Source of the DNA: Acaryochloris thomasi RCC1774
Lineage (GTDB): Bacteria > Cyanobacteriota > Cyanobacteriia > Thermosynechococcales > Thermosynechococcaceae
Length of the DNA: 32,000 nucleotides
NCBI RefSeq assembly: GCF_003231495.1
Contig: NZ_PQWO01000001.1
Coordinates: forward strand, 30,001-62,000
Direction: 5' to 3'
Notes under the pieces: model-generated
Seen by the model: only the letters and a program-made list of their open reading frames with translations
What the model was told of the DNA's origin: nothing
Databases searched by the model: none
Position numbers and translations under genes: made by a program
Part shown: positions 8,501-17,213 of the stretch, piece by piece
Position numbering within the stretch: the stretch's first letter is position 1
How the letters are laid out: every line of letters begins with the position of its first letter

Positions 8501-8899
8501 TTACTGAAGATCCTGCAAGGAACTCAGGAAGATCCCTCCCCCCCCAACAGCAAGAACCAAAATAGTGATCAGCTCGAAGGCAGACATGGGAGCCAATCGA
8601 AAATTAATGCTAGCAATCACCCCAAACAACAACATCAACAGAGAAGCCGTTGCCAATAACCAGCCCAAAAAATTTTTCGAGTTGTAGAAAATCAAACCAA
8701 TGCCAAAAATAAATGGGACCAAAACCATGCCACTGGTTAGACTCAAATCCCCAATCCGATAGAGGCTATAGCCCATCGAAAAATTATTCACAATTTTAAT
8801 TGAGCTAAGGAATAGGTAGCCACCGGCAATCATCATTGCCAGTCCGAGAAAGAAGCGCCCCACTCCTCCCCTTGTCCCCCCCGCTCCTCGATTAGACAT
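8501..8899 (-). CDS. Hypothetical integral membrane protein (about 4 TM segments)
   Basis: Four hydrophobic stretches are visible: FFLGLAMMIAGGYLFL, MVLVPFIFGIGLIFY, FLGWLLATASLLMLLFGVIA and FELITILVLAVGGGGIFL. The ATG at 8899 (MSNRGAGG...) is preferred over the upstream track start at 8941. Confidence 0.55.
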   Translation of the reverse strand: MSNRGAGGTRGGVGRFFLGLAMMIAGGYLFLSSIKIVNNFSMGYSLYRIGDLSLTSGMVLVPFIFGIGLIFYNSKNFLGWLLATASLLMLLFGVIASINFRLAPMSAFELITILVLAVGGGGIFLSSLQDLQ

Positions 8900-9121
8900 G
8901 CAGCATAGATCCCTTGGCGTTCTCGATACAGCGTAGGACAAAATCTGACGGTATGGCGGTATACGTATTGATTAGAACATTAAAATGACTGGAATCCATC
9001 TGTGCCAGAGAAGGGCTGCCCTAACTCAGCCGGGTACTGCTATAAGCTAGAGACAATACTGACGTTTAAATATTTCGTGAAGCTTGAATCCGTTGTTCCC
9101 TACCACACCTGCCATCACAGG

Positions 9122-9682
9122 ATGAAAACGGGTGACGTTATCGTTTTCTCTACCGATGATTTGCCCTCAACGGTGGTTAAAGTCGCCACCCGTTCAGAAT
9201 ACGTTCATACTGCAATTGTTCTGTTCACCCATCAAGAGCAAACCTCAGCGGGTTCCGTCGTCATTGCTGAATCCCATGTTGATGCCAATCGCCCTAGTCT
9301 GGGCACCGGGGAAAAAATTATGGGTGCCCAACACCAATGGCTTGAACATCGGCTGAAGGCTAAAGGGAAGGTTTGGTGGCTACCGCTCAAGGTACCCTTG
9401 GTCAATGATCAGCGACTGCGGCTGCAACATTGGCTCCAGGAGATCGAGGCTCAGCAGGTTCCCTATGACTTTGGTCAGGTGGCTGGAGCAGCTCTAGATA
9501 TGGGGGACACAATGGGTTTAGAAAACACCCCGGATGACAAGGCTCTATTTTGCTCGGAATTAGTGACCCGCGCACTCCAAATTGCAGGCGTTGTGGAATC
9601 ACACATCAATGCTGCAGAACAGGTCCCAGCCGACATTATCCAGTTTCCCTGCTTTCAACCACCAGTCTTGATCAAGTCCTAG
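9122..9682 (+). CDS. Permuted papain-fold (YiiX/YaeF, NlpC-P60-like) putative amidase/peptidase
   Basis: From the ATG at 9122 the order is GDVIVFS, then S.YVHTAIV, then VIAESH, then VPYDF, then LFCSELVTRALQIAG. This is the His-before-Cys permuted arrangement typical of the YiiX family. The track start at 9002 is a GTG 40 codons upstream. Confidence 0.55.
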   Translation: MKTGDVIVFSTDDLPSTVVKVATRSEYVHTAIVLFTHQEQTSAGSVVIAESHVDANRPSLGTGEKIMGAQHQWLEHRLKAKGKVWWLPLKVPLVNDQRLRLQHWLQEIEAQQVPYDFGQVAGAALDMGDTMGLENTPDDKALFCSELVTRALQIAGVVESHINAAEQVPADIIQFPCFQPPVLIKS

Positions 9683-9749
9683 CCACCCTTGTCAATTAGT
9701 TTTGAATCGCTCCATCAGACGAGAGAGCTAAGCAGCTCATCGACTATTT

Positions 9750-10181
9750 CTAGACAAGCTGAGTCAGGAGTTTCTGAAGATGCTGTTCTAATTGATCTAG
9801 AGCAGCATCTGGCACAACTCGGTCAATATCGTGAATCATCCAGTACTCAATACTTGTTTCCCAAGCTGGGAACTGTTGCTGCATCAAAGGACGATGCTCA
9901 GAGGCATCAATCGCAATCACCTTTTGCGCAGCAACAAAATCAGCCTCATTCACAGACTGGGGATAGCGGAGATCGGTGGGTAAAGAGATTCCGTATTTGA
10001 GTAGCCTCGCCCTCGCATATTTGGAAATCGGTCCTACATTATTGCTGTCGGGCCTGACGGCTAGGCCTCGAGAATCAGCCCGCCAGTCACTCGACCGCTT
10101 CTCAGCCCAGTGATTGAACAGGTATTCTGAGAAGCGGCTGCGATAATAGTTTCCAGTGCAGAGAAATAAGACGGTGCGCAT
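9750..10181 (-). CDS. Low-molecular-weight protein-tyrosine phosphatase / ArsC-like phosphatase
   Basis: The N-terminal P-loop VLFLCTGNYYRSRFSE fits C-X5-R-S. The 143-aa size is typical of LMW-PTPs. Confidence 0.75.
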   Translation of the reverse strand: MRTVLFLCTGNYYRSRFSEYLFNHWAEKRSSDWRADSRGLAVRPDSNNVGPISKYARARLLKYGISLPTDLRYPQSVNEADFVAAQKVIAIDASEHRPLMQQQFPAWETSIEYWMIHDIDRVVPDAALDQLEQHLQKLLTQLV

Positions 10182-10344
10182 GATTTAATCCCAAGACCCT
10201 ATCCCAGTATGACCATGATTGGGATTGTTGGGGTTAAGGAGCGCTGGTATGAAGTGTCATTGCGATTCCCCTTGGTCAAAAGATATCCACGTAGACGAGG
10301 ACGCGATCTCGTTAAAAATAGTTTCAGGCAGGACCACGGAGAGA

Positions 10345-12084
10345 TCAGGGGGTTAGCATCTTCACTTTGGTCATTTGATCACGGATCTGCTGATAGAGTT
10401 CCGGATCTTTCTGCTGTTGTGCCAACATTGCCGCCTCCTGAAGGTCGTCAAGCGCAGCCTGTTTTTCCTTTAGCGCTGTATGGGCCAACCCACGCTGATA
10501 GTAGGCCTCTGCGTCTTCGGGAGAAAGCTGAATCACGCGAGTATAGTCTTGGGCTGCTCCCTCATAATTGCTTTGCCGCAGGCGCAGCGACCCTCGGTTT
10601 CGGTAGGCAAGGGCATCATTCGGGGCCGTTGCGATCGCATCTCCATAATCCCTCAGTGCTCCTTCAAGATCTTCTTGTTGTTCCCGAGCGACCCCACGAT
10701 TGTTGTAAGCCCGAGACTGATTCGCATCTAGCTTAATAGCCTGGGTATAGTCCTCAATGGCCTGCTGATGTTTGCCCAGCCGGTCAAGCACATCCCCCCG
10801 ATCGATGAAGAAGTCTGCGTCTTCAGCAGAAACTTGAATGGCGCGGCTATAGTCTCTCAGCGCACCCTTAGGATTTTCTGCAGCCCTAAGCAAAGCCCGA
10901 TTGTAGTAAACCAGTGCATAGTCAGATTCACGGGAGGCTTGAGGATAAAGCTTGACGGCCCGATCATAATCTCGGCGGGCCTGCGTTGCCTTATCTAAGT
11001 TAGCGTAGGCTAAGCCACGAGCCGCATGAGCCAGGGCATCATTGGAGTTGAGAGCAATAGCCTGCGTGTAGTCTTCAATCGCCTTTTGATATTGACCTAA
11101 GGTGCTGTGGACTAGCCCGCGACTGCGGTAGGCAGCCGCATAGTTAGGGCTGAGAGCAATGGCCTGGGTAAAGCTTGCAATTGCATCCTGTTCTTTCCCT
11201 AGCCGCCTGAGGACACCGCCACGATTGTTGTAGGCCAAGTGAGTGAACAAGTTTCTCTCTGTGCTGCGCTCAATCGCATAGGTATAGTCCGCAATTTTCT
11301 TTGCCGGATCGTCCTGCGTAACACCTCGGTTATAGTAAGCACGCGCTTGGGTTGAATCTAAATCTAGGGCCTTTGTATAGTCAGCCAGAGAAAGTCGCGA
11401 ATTCCCCGCATAGTCGTGGGCCGTGCCGCGTTCAATATACACAGATACATTCTGAGGATCGAGTTCTAGGGCTTTTGTATAGTTTGAGATCGCAGCCGAA
11501 TAGTCTCCTTGCGATCGATACATTTGCCCCAATAACCAATAGCTTTCATGATCTTTCACATTCAGCGTCGTTGCCTGCAAAAGATCTTCAATGGCATCCG
11601 CAGATTTGTCTAACGCAACGTAGAAACGTCCTCGACCGGCATATGCCGCAGCATCTTTTGGGTTCTGTTTTAGATCCTGAGTGTAGGCCCAGACTGACTT
11701 TTGAGGCTCAAAGCCAACGCAGTCTAACCCACTGAGATAGTAGCGTGACACCAGCCTCGGTCGTAACTGAATCGCTTGAGCAAAGTCAGCAAATCCAGCT
11801 TCAGTCTGACGCTGGGTCACATGAACAATGCCCCGCAAAAAATAGGCGTCAGCGTCCTGAGGATCTTGCTGAATTATCTGCGTCAGAGCCATCAGAGCCG
11901 TAGAGTATTCGCCTCGGCGATAGGATCGCTCAGCCTTGCGGATAGAGCCTTTCGAGCCGCGTGCGATCAAAGTGGGCTGGGCTAAGACTGGAAGACTTAA
12001 GCCACTGGTTAACAGCAATGACGCCCCTAGAACAGAACCCATCAGAGTTCTGAGGTGGCGGTTCCCCCTCGATTTCAAAATCAT
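10345..12084 (-). CDS. Secreted or periplasmic tetratricopeptide-repeat (TPR) protein
   Basis: 579 aa with an N-terminal signal-like segment (LLLTSGLSLPVLAQP). It is followed by more than 12 34-aa units of the form A..DYt.AI.L.P..A.AY.NRG. The repeats are also visible as periodic similarity in the DNA. Confidence 0.85.
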   Translation of the reverse strand: MILKSRGNRHLRTLMGSVLGASLLLTSGLSLPVLAQPTLIARGSKGSIRKAERSYRRGEYSTALMALTQIIQQDPQDADAYFLRGIVHVTQRQTEAGFADFAQAIQLRPRLVSRYYLSGLDCVGFEPQKSVWAYTQDLKQNPKDAAAYAGRGRFYVALDKSADAIEDLLQATTLNVKDHESYWLLGQMYRSQGDYSAAISNYTKALELDPQNVSVYIERGTAHDYAGNSRLSLADYTKALDLDSTQARAYYNRGVTQDDPAKKIADYTYAIERSTERNLFTHLAYNNRGGVLRRLGKEQDAIASFTQAIALSPNYAAAYRSRGLVHSTLGQYQKAIEDYTQAIALNSNDALAHAARGLAYANLDKATQARRDYDRAVKLYPQASRESDYALVYYNRALLRAAENPKGALRDYSRAIQVSAEDADFFIDRGDVLDRLGKHQQAIEDYTQAIKLDANQSRAYNNRGVAREQQEDLEGALRDYGDAIATAPNDALAYRNRGSLRLRQSNYEGAAQDYTRVIQLSPEDAEAYYQRGLAHTALKEKQAALDDLQEAAMLAQQQKDPELYQQIRDQMTKVKMLTP

Positions 12085-12174
12085 GATGCCCCTAGTTGAA
12101 GTCGATAGACTAAGATTCCCCAGCTCCTAGCCTAGCCTTAGCCGCGCTGGCTGTCATGGTTCAGGATTCAGCCG

Positions 12175-13836
12175 TCAGATTTTGATTTTCTCAGAGTGTT
12201 TCCAATCGCCATTTTGTACGAGAGTATGGACCTGCCATTTATCTACCGTCTCCGGGTAGTCCAGCCGATAGTGTCCCCCTCGACTTTCGGTGCGGAATAG
12301 GGCACTTCTGAGAATCAGATCGGCAATATCTAACAGGTTCTCTGTTTCAGCCCAGAGACGTAGCTCGGCGTCTGCCAAAGAAACTGAAACTGATTGTCCT
12401 GGCGGCAGATCATGGATGGCTTGACTCAGGGGAAGCCGCTCAAACGGCTGTCGCCAGGTTTTGATCTTTGCGATCGCATCTTTCATCACCGCTTCAGTCC
12501 GACAAATCCCAGCGCTATCCCACACCAGCGTCGGGAGCTGCTGCCGTAAGTCCATGATCAAGGGGGCCTGAGCCTCCCAATCGGTCTCCAAGCTTTCGGT
12601 CACCTGGGGCAAAGGACTCTCTGATCCTGTTGGGGAAACATTTAGGCAAGAGAATTGCGCGCCAAAGACCAAACATTCCAATAGGGAATTACTCGCTAGG
12701 CGGTTTGCACCATGCACCCCCGTACTGGCTACTTCACCCACAGAATAAAGCCCCGGAATCGTCGTTTGTGCATCCAGCTTGGTCGTGATGCCCCCCATCC
12801 AATAGTGGGCTGCCGGAGACACCGGAATCGGCTGCTCAAAAACATTAATGCCCCACTGCTGGCAAACCTCAATGATTTTAGGAAATCGCCGTTGAATTTT
12901 TTCCGAGGGAATGTCTCTCAGATCCAACGAGACCGATTCTTCGGGCCGTTCCTTGAGATGCATGAAGATGGAGCGGCTGACAATGTCACGGGGAGCCAGC
13001 TCTCCGCGCGGATCATAATCAAACATAAACCGCCGATTCTCAGCATCCGTTAGGTAGGCACCCTCTCCCCGTACCGCTTCGCTAATCAAAAATCGAGGGG
13101 CTCCGGGCACCGTCAACGCAGTGGGATGGAATTGAAAAAACTCTAGGTCTCTTATCTGAGCGCCGGAGCGAGATGCGATCGCAAGTCCATCCCCTGTACT
13201 CAGCACCGGATTTGTCGTTTGGGAAAACACCTGACCGCCGCCACCGGTTGCCAACACCACCGCATCGGCCCTCACCCAGTCAATCCGTCCCTGGGCCAGC
13301 AAACAGCACCCCTGGCAAACCTGAGTCAGAGGATGAAGCCACAGGCTGAGCGTAAACGTCTCCGTCAGCACCCGAATATTGTCCCGTGCCCACACCTGAG
13401 CCGTCAGCGTTTTAATCAGAGCTCGTCCCGTTGTATCCGCCGCATGAAGAACCCGAGCCCGAGAATGCGCCGCCTCCAGCGTCGCCGCCAATTGATTATC
13501 CTGACGACGATCAAAGGCAATCCCCATCTCCAGCAGCGCCTCTACCTGTGCCGGAGCCTCCTCCACCAAGAAGTCCACCGCCGCTCGATCACACAGTCCC
13601 GCCCCCGCCAGCAACGTATCCTGCGCATGAAGCTGCGGAGAATCATCAGATTGGAACGCCGCTGCAATTCCCCCCTGCGCCCAGTCACTCGCAGAGAAGG
13701 TTAAATTATCTTTCGTTACCAAAGCAACCCGAAGCGACGGCGGTAGCGACAGTGCCGTGTACAAGCCCGCCGCTCCACCGCCAATGATCAAGACGTCGTA
13801 GCGCGAATGAGAGCGATGGTCACAAGAATAGGCCAA
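12175..13836 (-). CDS. nadB: L-aspartate oxidase
   Basis: Contains DVLIIGGGAAGL (FAD binding), WAQGGIAAA, FFQFHPTAL, GLYSVGEVASTGVHGANRLASNSLLE and ESRGGHYRLDYP. The 553-aa length fits NadB. Confidence 0.88.
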   Translation of the reverse strand: MAYSCDHRSHSRYDVLIIGGGAAGLYTALSLPPSLRVALVTKDNLTFSASDWAQGGIAAAFQSDDSPQLHAQDTLLAGAGLCDRAAVDFLVEEAPAQVEALLEMGIAFDRRQDNQLAATLEAAHSRARVLHAADTTGRALIKTLTAQVWARDNIRVLTETFTLSLWLHPLTQVCQGCCLLAQGRIDWVRADAVVLATGGGGQVFSQTTNPVLSTGDGLAIASRSGAQIRDLEFFQFHPTALTVPGAPRFLISEAVRGEGAYLTDAENRRFMFDYDPRGELAPRDIVSRSIFMHLKERPEESVSLDLRDIPSEKIQRRFPKIIEVCQQWGINVFEQPIPVSPAAHYWMGGITTKLDAQTTIPGLYSVGEVASTGVHGANRLASNSLLECLVFGAQFSCLNVSPTGSESPLPQVTESLETDWEAQAPLIMDLRQQLPTLVWDSAGICRTEAVMKDAIAKIKTWRQPFERLPLSQAIHDLPPGQSVSVSLADAELRLWAETENLLDIADLILRSALFRTESRGGHYRLDYPETVDKWQVHTLVQNGDWKHSEKIKI

Positions 13837-13961
13837 GGTTCAACCCAGTCAATCACAAGAAGGCAAAAGTAATGCCCCCTGCCCAAAATGAACGAACGTT
13901 CACCTCGAAAATTGACAGAGAGCAGTAGCTTGAAACTAGCGTAGAAAGCTAAAGAAGTAAT

Positions 13962-13985
13962 GCTGCACCAATGCGGTGGCGCAGC
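13962..13985 (-). terminator. Possible terminator hairpin downstream of psbU
   Basis: Imperfect stem GCTGCaCC / GGtGGCGCAGC (5+3 bp with one mismatch). Both flanks are A/T-rich: taattttta on the plus side and attacttcttt on the minus side. It lies 25 nt past the psbU stop. Confidence 0.3.
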
Positions 13986-14009
13986 TAATTTTTAATCGCC
14001 AGTAGCGTT

Positions 14010-14501
14010 CTAGCTGCCGCCAGTATAGGCATCCTTATTAATCCCCACATTGGGATCTGAAGTAGTCTTGTTGTTAGCGGCATTATAGCTACCGTCGTTG
14101 TAGCGATCGCCACCGCTAGTCAGCGCCACATCAGGCTCAGTGACGGTAAAGCTATTGATATTGCTGTTAATAGCATTCTTTTCAGCTTCAGATAAACCCG
14201 GAATATCTAGAATATCCTTAACATTGGAATAGGGCGCATTCTGAACAATTTTGCCCGCTAACGTGGGATACATTCCCTTGTATTGAGTAAAGACTCTCAC
14301 GCTGGCATTGTTTAGATCTAATTTCTGTCCATAGTCAGTGCCCAGCTTGGCATCAACAGGATTTCGGTAGGTAACGGCCAGAGCAGGAACAGACTGCAAG
14401 TTCAGCCCCACTGCATTAACGGGGTGTGACCAGCCGAAAAAAGTCAGGCAGCTAGCGAATACGAGACTCAATAAACCAAGGCGTCGGAAGAACGATTGCA
14501 T
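14010..14501 (-). CDS. psbU: Photosystem II 12-kDa extrinsic protein PsbU (precursor), with a C-terminal tail
   Basis: The sequence KLGTDYGQKLDLNNASVRVFTQYKGMYPTLAGKIVQNAPYSNVKDILDIPGLSEAEK...FTVTEPDVALTSGGDRYNDGSY matches PsbU as I recall it from Thermosynechococcus. The ATG at 14501 gives the signal-like MQSFFRRLGLLSLVFASC and has GGGAGG upstream. Confidence 0.85.
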   Translation of the reverse strand: MQSFFRRLGLLSLVFASCLTFFGWSHPVNAVGLNLQSVPALAVTYRNPVDAKLGTDYGQKLDLNNASVRVFTQYKGMYPTLAGKIVQNAPYSNVKDILDIPGLSEAEKNAINSNINSFTVTEPDVALTSGGDRYNDGSYNAANNKTTSDPNVGINKDAYTGGS

Positions 14502-14608
14502 ATCCCTAAGGACCTCCCTATCAGTATGAAATTTCAACACAGCACTTAATAGAGCGTATCATTTACGACCGACTTCCAGGACAAAACTTCTAGATCTCTG
14601 CCCGTTCT

Positions 14609-15760
14609 TCAGGAGGGCATCTGCAAAAATAGAGTCAAGTCTGCAAAGGAACAGCCGTAGGCAGGGGTTGTCTCTTCATAGCCCTTCCAGCGTACAGAAT
14701 AGCGGCGAAAGGGTAGACAGTCTCCTTGCCACTGCTTTAGCCCCTGATAGGTCTCCAGCCCCACAGCAATATCTAACCCCAACTGCTTCGTACTGGTCTC
14801 CAGCCGGAACGCCGCATTGACGGTGTCTCCTAACGCCGTATAGTCTGGGCGTTCGCTACTGCCCGTGTTGCCCACCATCGCGTGCCCTGTATTGACCCCC
14901 GCTCCAATCCGCAAGGGGAAGGGGAGAGGATATGTATGGTGGAGTTCGCTGGTCATTTTATGCAGCGCCTGGAGCGCCAAGAAAGGCCGCTGAATTTCTT
15001 CAATGCCAACTTCCTGCGCCCCGTGAATCCAGACCGCCATCACCGCATCACCAATATATTTATCGACCCAGCTGCCGTGATCACGGATAATTTCTCCCGC
15101 GCACCGAAACCAAGTGCCCACAACTTCAGAGAGCAGACGCTCATCTAGGCTGTGGGTAAGGCCCGTAAAATTGCGAATATCAACAACCAAGACCGAAATC
15201 AACCGCCGTAGATGCAGCAAAGCCGTAGCGGGTTCTTCTGCCGTTAGCGTCTCATAACCGGAAACCTCGCTCAGGTTAACAGGGGCTAAAAACTCAACAT
15301 TAGTTTGACCAAAGGTCAGCAGATCTTGGTGCTGCAAAGCAATCGGAACGCTGACACGCCGTCCATTCACGAAGGAACCATTATGGCTGCCCAGATCAAT
15401 TAAATAGGTCTCTCCCATTCCCATTTGCTGCAGCATGGCATGGTTACGAGACATCCACTGATCATTGAGCACGATAGAATTGTCGCTCCCCCGACCAATT
15501 GTCCAGAAGCTACTCCCTTCCAGCGGCAGAAAGGATTCCCCCGTCTTTGTTTGAAGCCTTAGATTTGGCTGCTGCAGAGACTCTTGAGCAAAGGGAGAAG
15601 TCAATGGGGACGAGACCGCCGCATCAGTCGCAGACTGAACGCTAGAGGTTAGTTGATCAATTCTTTGCTGCTGCTGCAGAATAATCTCAATTAAATGAGT
15701 CCGAGAGAGCGAGGCGAGGTGGGGGGGGATAGCTGGACTGGGTGAAAGGTCTTTACTCAT
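14609..15760 (-). CDS. FHA-domain class III adenylate/guanylate cyclase (Cya1-like architecture)
   Basis: The FHA block is WTIGRGSDNSIVLNDQWMSRNHAML...YLIDLGSHNGSFVNGRRV. The cyclase block is VLVVDIRNFTGLT, KYIGDAVMAVW, GVNTGHAMVGNTG and DYTALGDTVNAAFRLE. Confidence 0.85.
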   Translation of the reverse strand: MSKDLSPSPAIPPHLASLSRTHLIEIILQQQQRIDQLTSSVQSATDAAVSSPLTSPFAQESLQQPNLRLQTKTGESFLPLEGSSFWTIGRGSDNSIVLNDQWMSRNHAMLQQMGMGETYLIDLGSHNGSFVNGRRVSVPIALQHQDLLTFGQTNVEFLAPVNLSEVSGYETLTAEEPATALLHLRRLISVLVVDIRNFTGLTHSLDERLLSEVVGTWFRCAGEIIRDHGSWVDKYIGDAVMAVWIHGAQEVGIEEIQRPFLALQALHKMTSELHHTYPLPFPLRIGAGVNTGHAMVGNTGSSERPDYTALGDTVNAAFRLETSTKQLGLDIAVGLETYQGLKQWQGDCLPFRRYSVRWKGYEETTPAYGCSFADLTLFLQMPS

Positions 15761-16003
15761 GCGGTTGATGCCGCTGATCCTCAGGCTATATCGACTACGA
15801 GTGCGACCCTAACCCCTCTGGCCGCGTCAGCGTCTCGACTCCTCCATTGTATGGCTTGTCCATAGTGAAGGCCAATTGAGCTTGAATACCCCGTCACCAT
15901 GGAGTATTTAAAAACCTTAAAATTGCCAAGTTCACAGCAATCGTAGAGGTGGGAATGCTAGACTTATACTCTAGAAAAATCTTACGGTTTATCAACCAAA
16001 TCC

Positions 16004-16189
16004 ATGCAAGCGAATAGTCAGTTTGAGGACCCTCCTCAACCGAGTAATGTCAGTGTTGCCAATGTGCTCGGCACAGTGATTGCATCTCTGACGCTAGTGA
16101 CCCCCCTCTATGTCACAGCCTATTACTCTGCCCAGGAAACACCACTCGTACCGTGGTTCCAGCAGGTTGCCCCTTACCGAGCCAGTTGA
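16004..16189 (+). CDS. Hypothetical small protein (61 aa) with one hydrophobic segment
   Basis: It is the only ORF in the 435-nt gap between the cyclase and the S4-domain gene. VLGTVIASLTLVTPLYVTAYY looks like a TM helix. I recognise no family. Confidence 0.3.
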   Translation: MQANSQFEDPPQPSNVSVANVLGTVIASLTLVTPLYVTAYYSAQETPLVPWFQQVAPYRAS

Positions 16190-16195
16190 GAGCTG

Positions 16196-16384
16196 TCAAC
16201 CGTCAGTTCCCCCAACGTCAAAAGACTGGCCCTGAAAGGTAACAATGTCTCCGTCACTAAGCTGTCTTCCACGGCGGGTTTCAGGATGGCCGTTAACTTC
16301 TACCTCGCCATTTTGGATGAAGTATTTGGCTTGTCCACCTGTGGCCACGAGACACTTAAACTTCAAGAACTGATCGAGTTTCAT
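16196..16384 (-). CDS. Small S4-domain RNA-binding protein (YbcJ-like)
   Basis: MKLDQFLKFKCLVATGGQAKYFIQNGEVEVNGHPETRRGRQLSDGDIV fits the YbcJ-type S4 fold. The ATG at 16384 is preferred because the track start at 16405 is a TTG. Confidence 0.7.
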   Translation of the reverse strand: MKLDQFLKFKCLVATGGQAKYFIQNGEVEVNGHPETRRGRQLSDGDIVTFQGQSFDVGGTDG

Positions 16385-16407
16385 AGCTTTAGCCCATTTC
16401 CTCAAGG

Positions 16408-17187
16408 TTAGCTGTAGCGCTTCAGTTCCACTCGATAACGCTGCTTTTTAGTGATGCTAATGTCTCCAATTTCGAGACGGCCTTTGCCCCGAATGGTGAC
16501 CAAATCTCCGGCTTGCAACGCATGACTTGCCTGGGTAACGGCTTTCCAGTTGACGCGCACGTCTCCAGCAGAGATAAAGCCCACCATCTTACTGCGAGAA
16601 AGACCAAAGCCTGCAGATGCGATCGCATCTAATCGCAGCGAAGCCTCCACCGTCGTCATCTCCCTCTTGCGCGGTTCGCGCACTCTGAGTTCCTCTAGCG
16701 GAATCGTCTCAGTCTTTACCGAAACAGTCCGCACCTGCGTCAAAGAATCAGAAAGAAACACTGCCATCTCAGGTACCACGATGGCTTGGGCACCCCGCTC
16801 CCCTAAGACAAGAATATCACCGACCTTCTCTCGAACAATCCCCGTACCGAGAAGGGCACCCAAAAAATCACGATGGGTTGCCGGGTCAAATAGAAAATTG
16901 CCTGCAACATTCAGAGCAACCAACTCTACCTGAGCAATTTCAAGGGGCAACTCTGGGCGTGCCAAAGCCAGCCGCTGCCGTTCCGCCTGCGGATACCCCC
17001 CCCAGCTCATCGTTTGGACCTCAGCCAGCAAACCAAAAACCTCCTGTGCCTCAGCCAGCTCCGGCGGAGAGAGGAAGTCAGTCAACACCACCTCCCAGTT
17101 TTTAAGGGCTTGCTCAGCTTGATCGATGACGTGTGAAATTTGTTCTTTGGCCTCGACCCGCTTCAGCAGATCCGCCTTCGGCAACAT
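16408..17187 (-). CDS. S4-domain protein of the cyanobacterial 'photosystem II S4 domain' / YlmH family
   Basis: 259 aa. The C-terminal S4 motif is LRLDAIASAGFGLSRSKMVGFISAGDVRVNWKAV. Size and layout match YlmH-like proteins conserved in cyanobacteria. Confidence 0.7.
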   Translation of the reverse strand: MLPKADLLKRVEAKEQISHVIDQAEQALKNWEVVLTDFLSPPELAEAQEVFGLLAEVQTMSWGGYPQAERQRLALARPELPLEIAQVELVALNVAGNFLFDPATHRDFLGALLGTGIVREKVGDILVLGERGAQAIVVPEMAVFLSDSLTQVRTVSVKTETIPLEELRVREPRKREMTTVEASLRLDAIASAGFGLSRSKMVGFISAGDVRVNWKAVTQASHALQAGDLVTIRGKGRLEIGDISITKKQRYRVELKRYS

Positions 17188-17213
17188 GAGCTATTCTCTC
17201 CATTAATAAGGCC

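Noticed and set aside
9689-10000. 103-aa plus-strand ORF overlapping the phosphatase gene
   Set aside because: It is antisense to an ORF with a clean C-X5-R-S phosphatase P-loop. Its translation is low-complexity and Ser/Gln-rich.
10209-10736. 175-aa plus-strand ORF spanning the LMW-PTP/TPR intergenic region and the TPR gene 3' end
   Set aside because: It is mostly antisense to the clearly periodic TPR coding sequence. Its translation is Arg/Pro/Ser-rich with no recognisable motif.
12128-12143. Short TAGCC pentamer tandem (tagcc tagcc ttagcc) in the TPR-nadB spacer
   Set aside because: It has only about three imperfect units in a 90-nt spacer, which is too short to distinguish from chance and suggests no function.
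13219-13787. Two long plus-strand ORFs (161 aa, and a 118-aa proline-rich one) inside the nadB region
   Set aside because: Both lie entirely antisense to nadB, whose translation carries unmistakable L-aspartate oxidase motifs. The Pro/Arg-rich low-complexity translations are what the reverse frame of a GC-rich gene typically yields. Neither has its own start context or gap.
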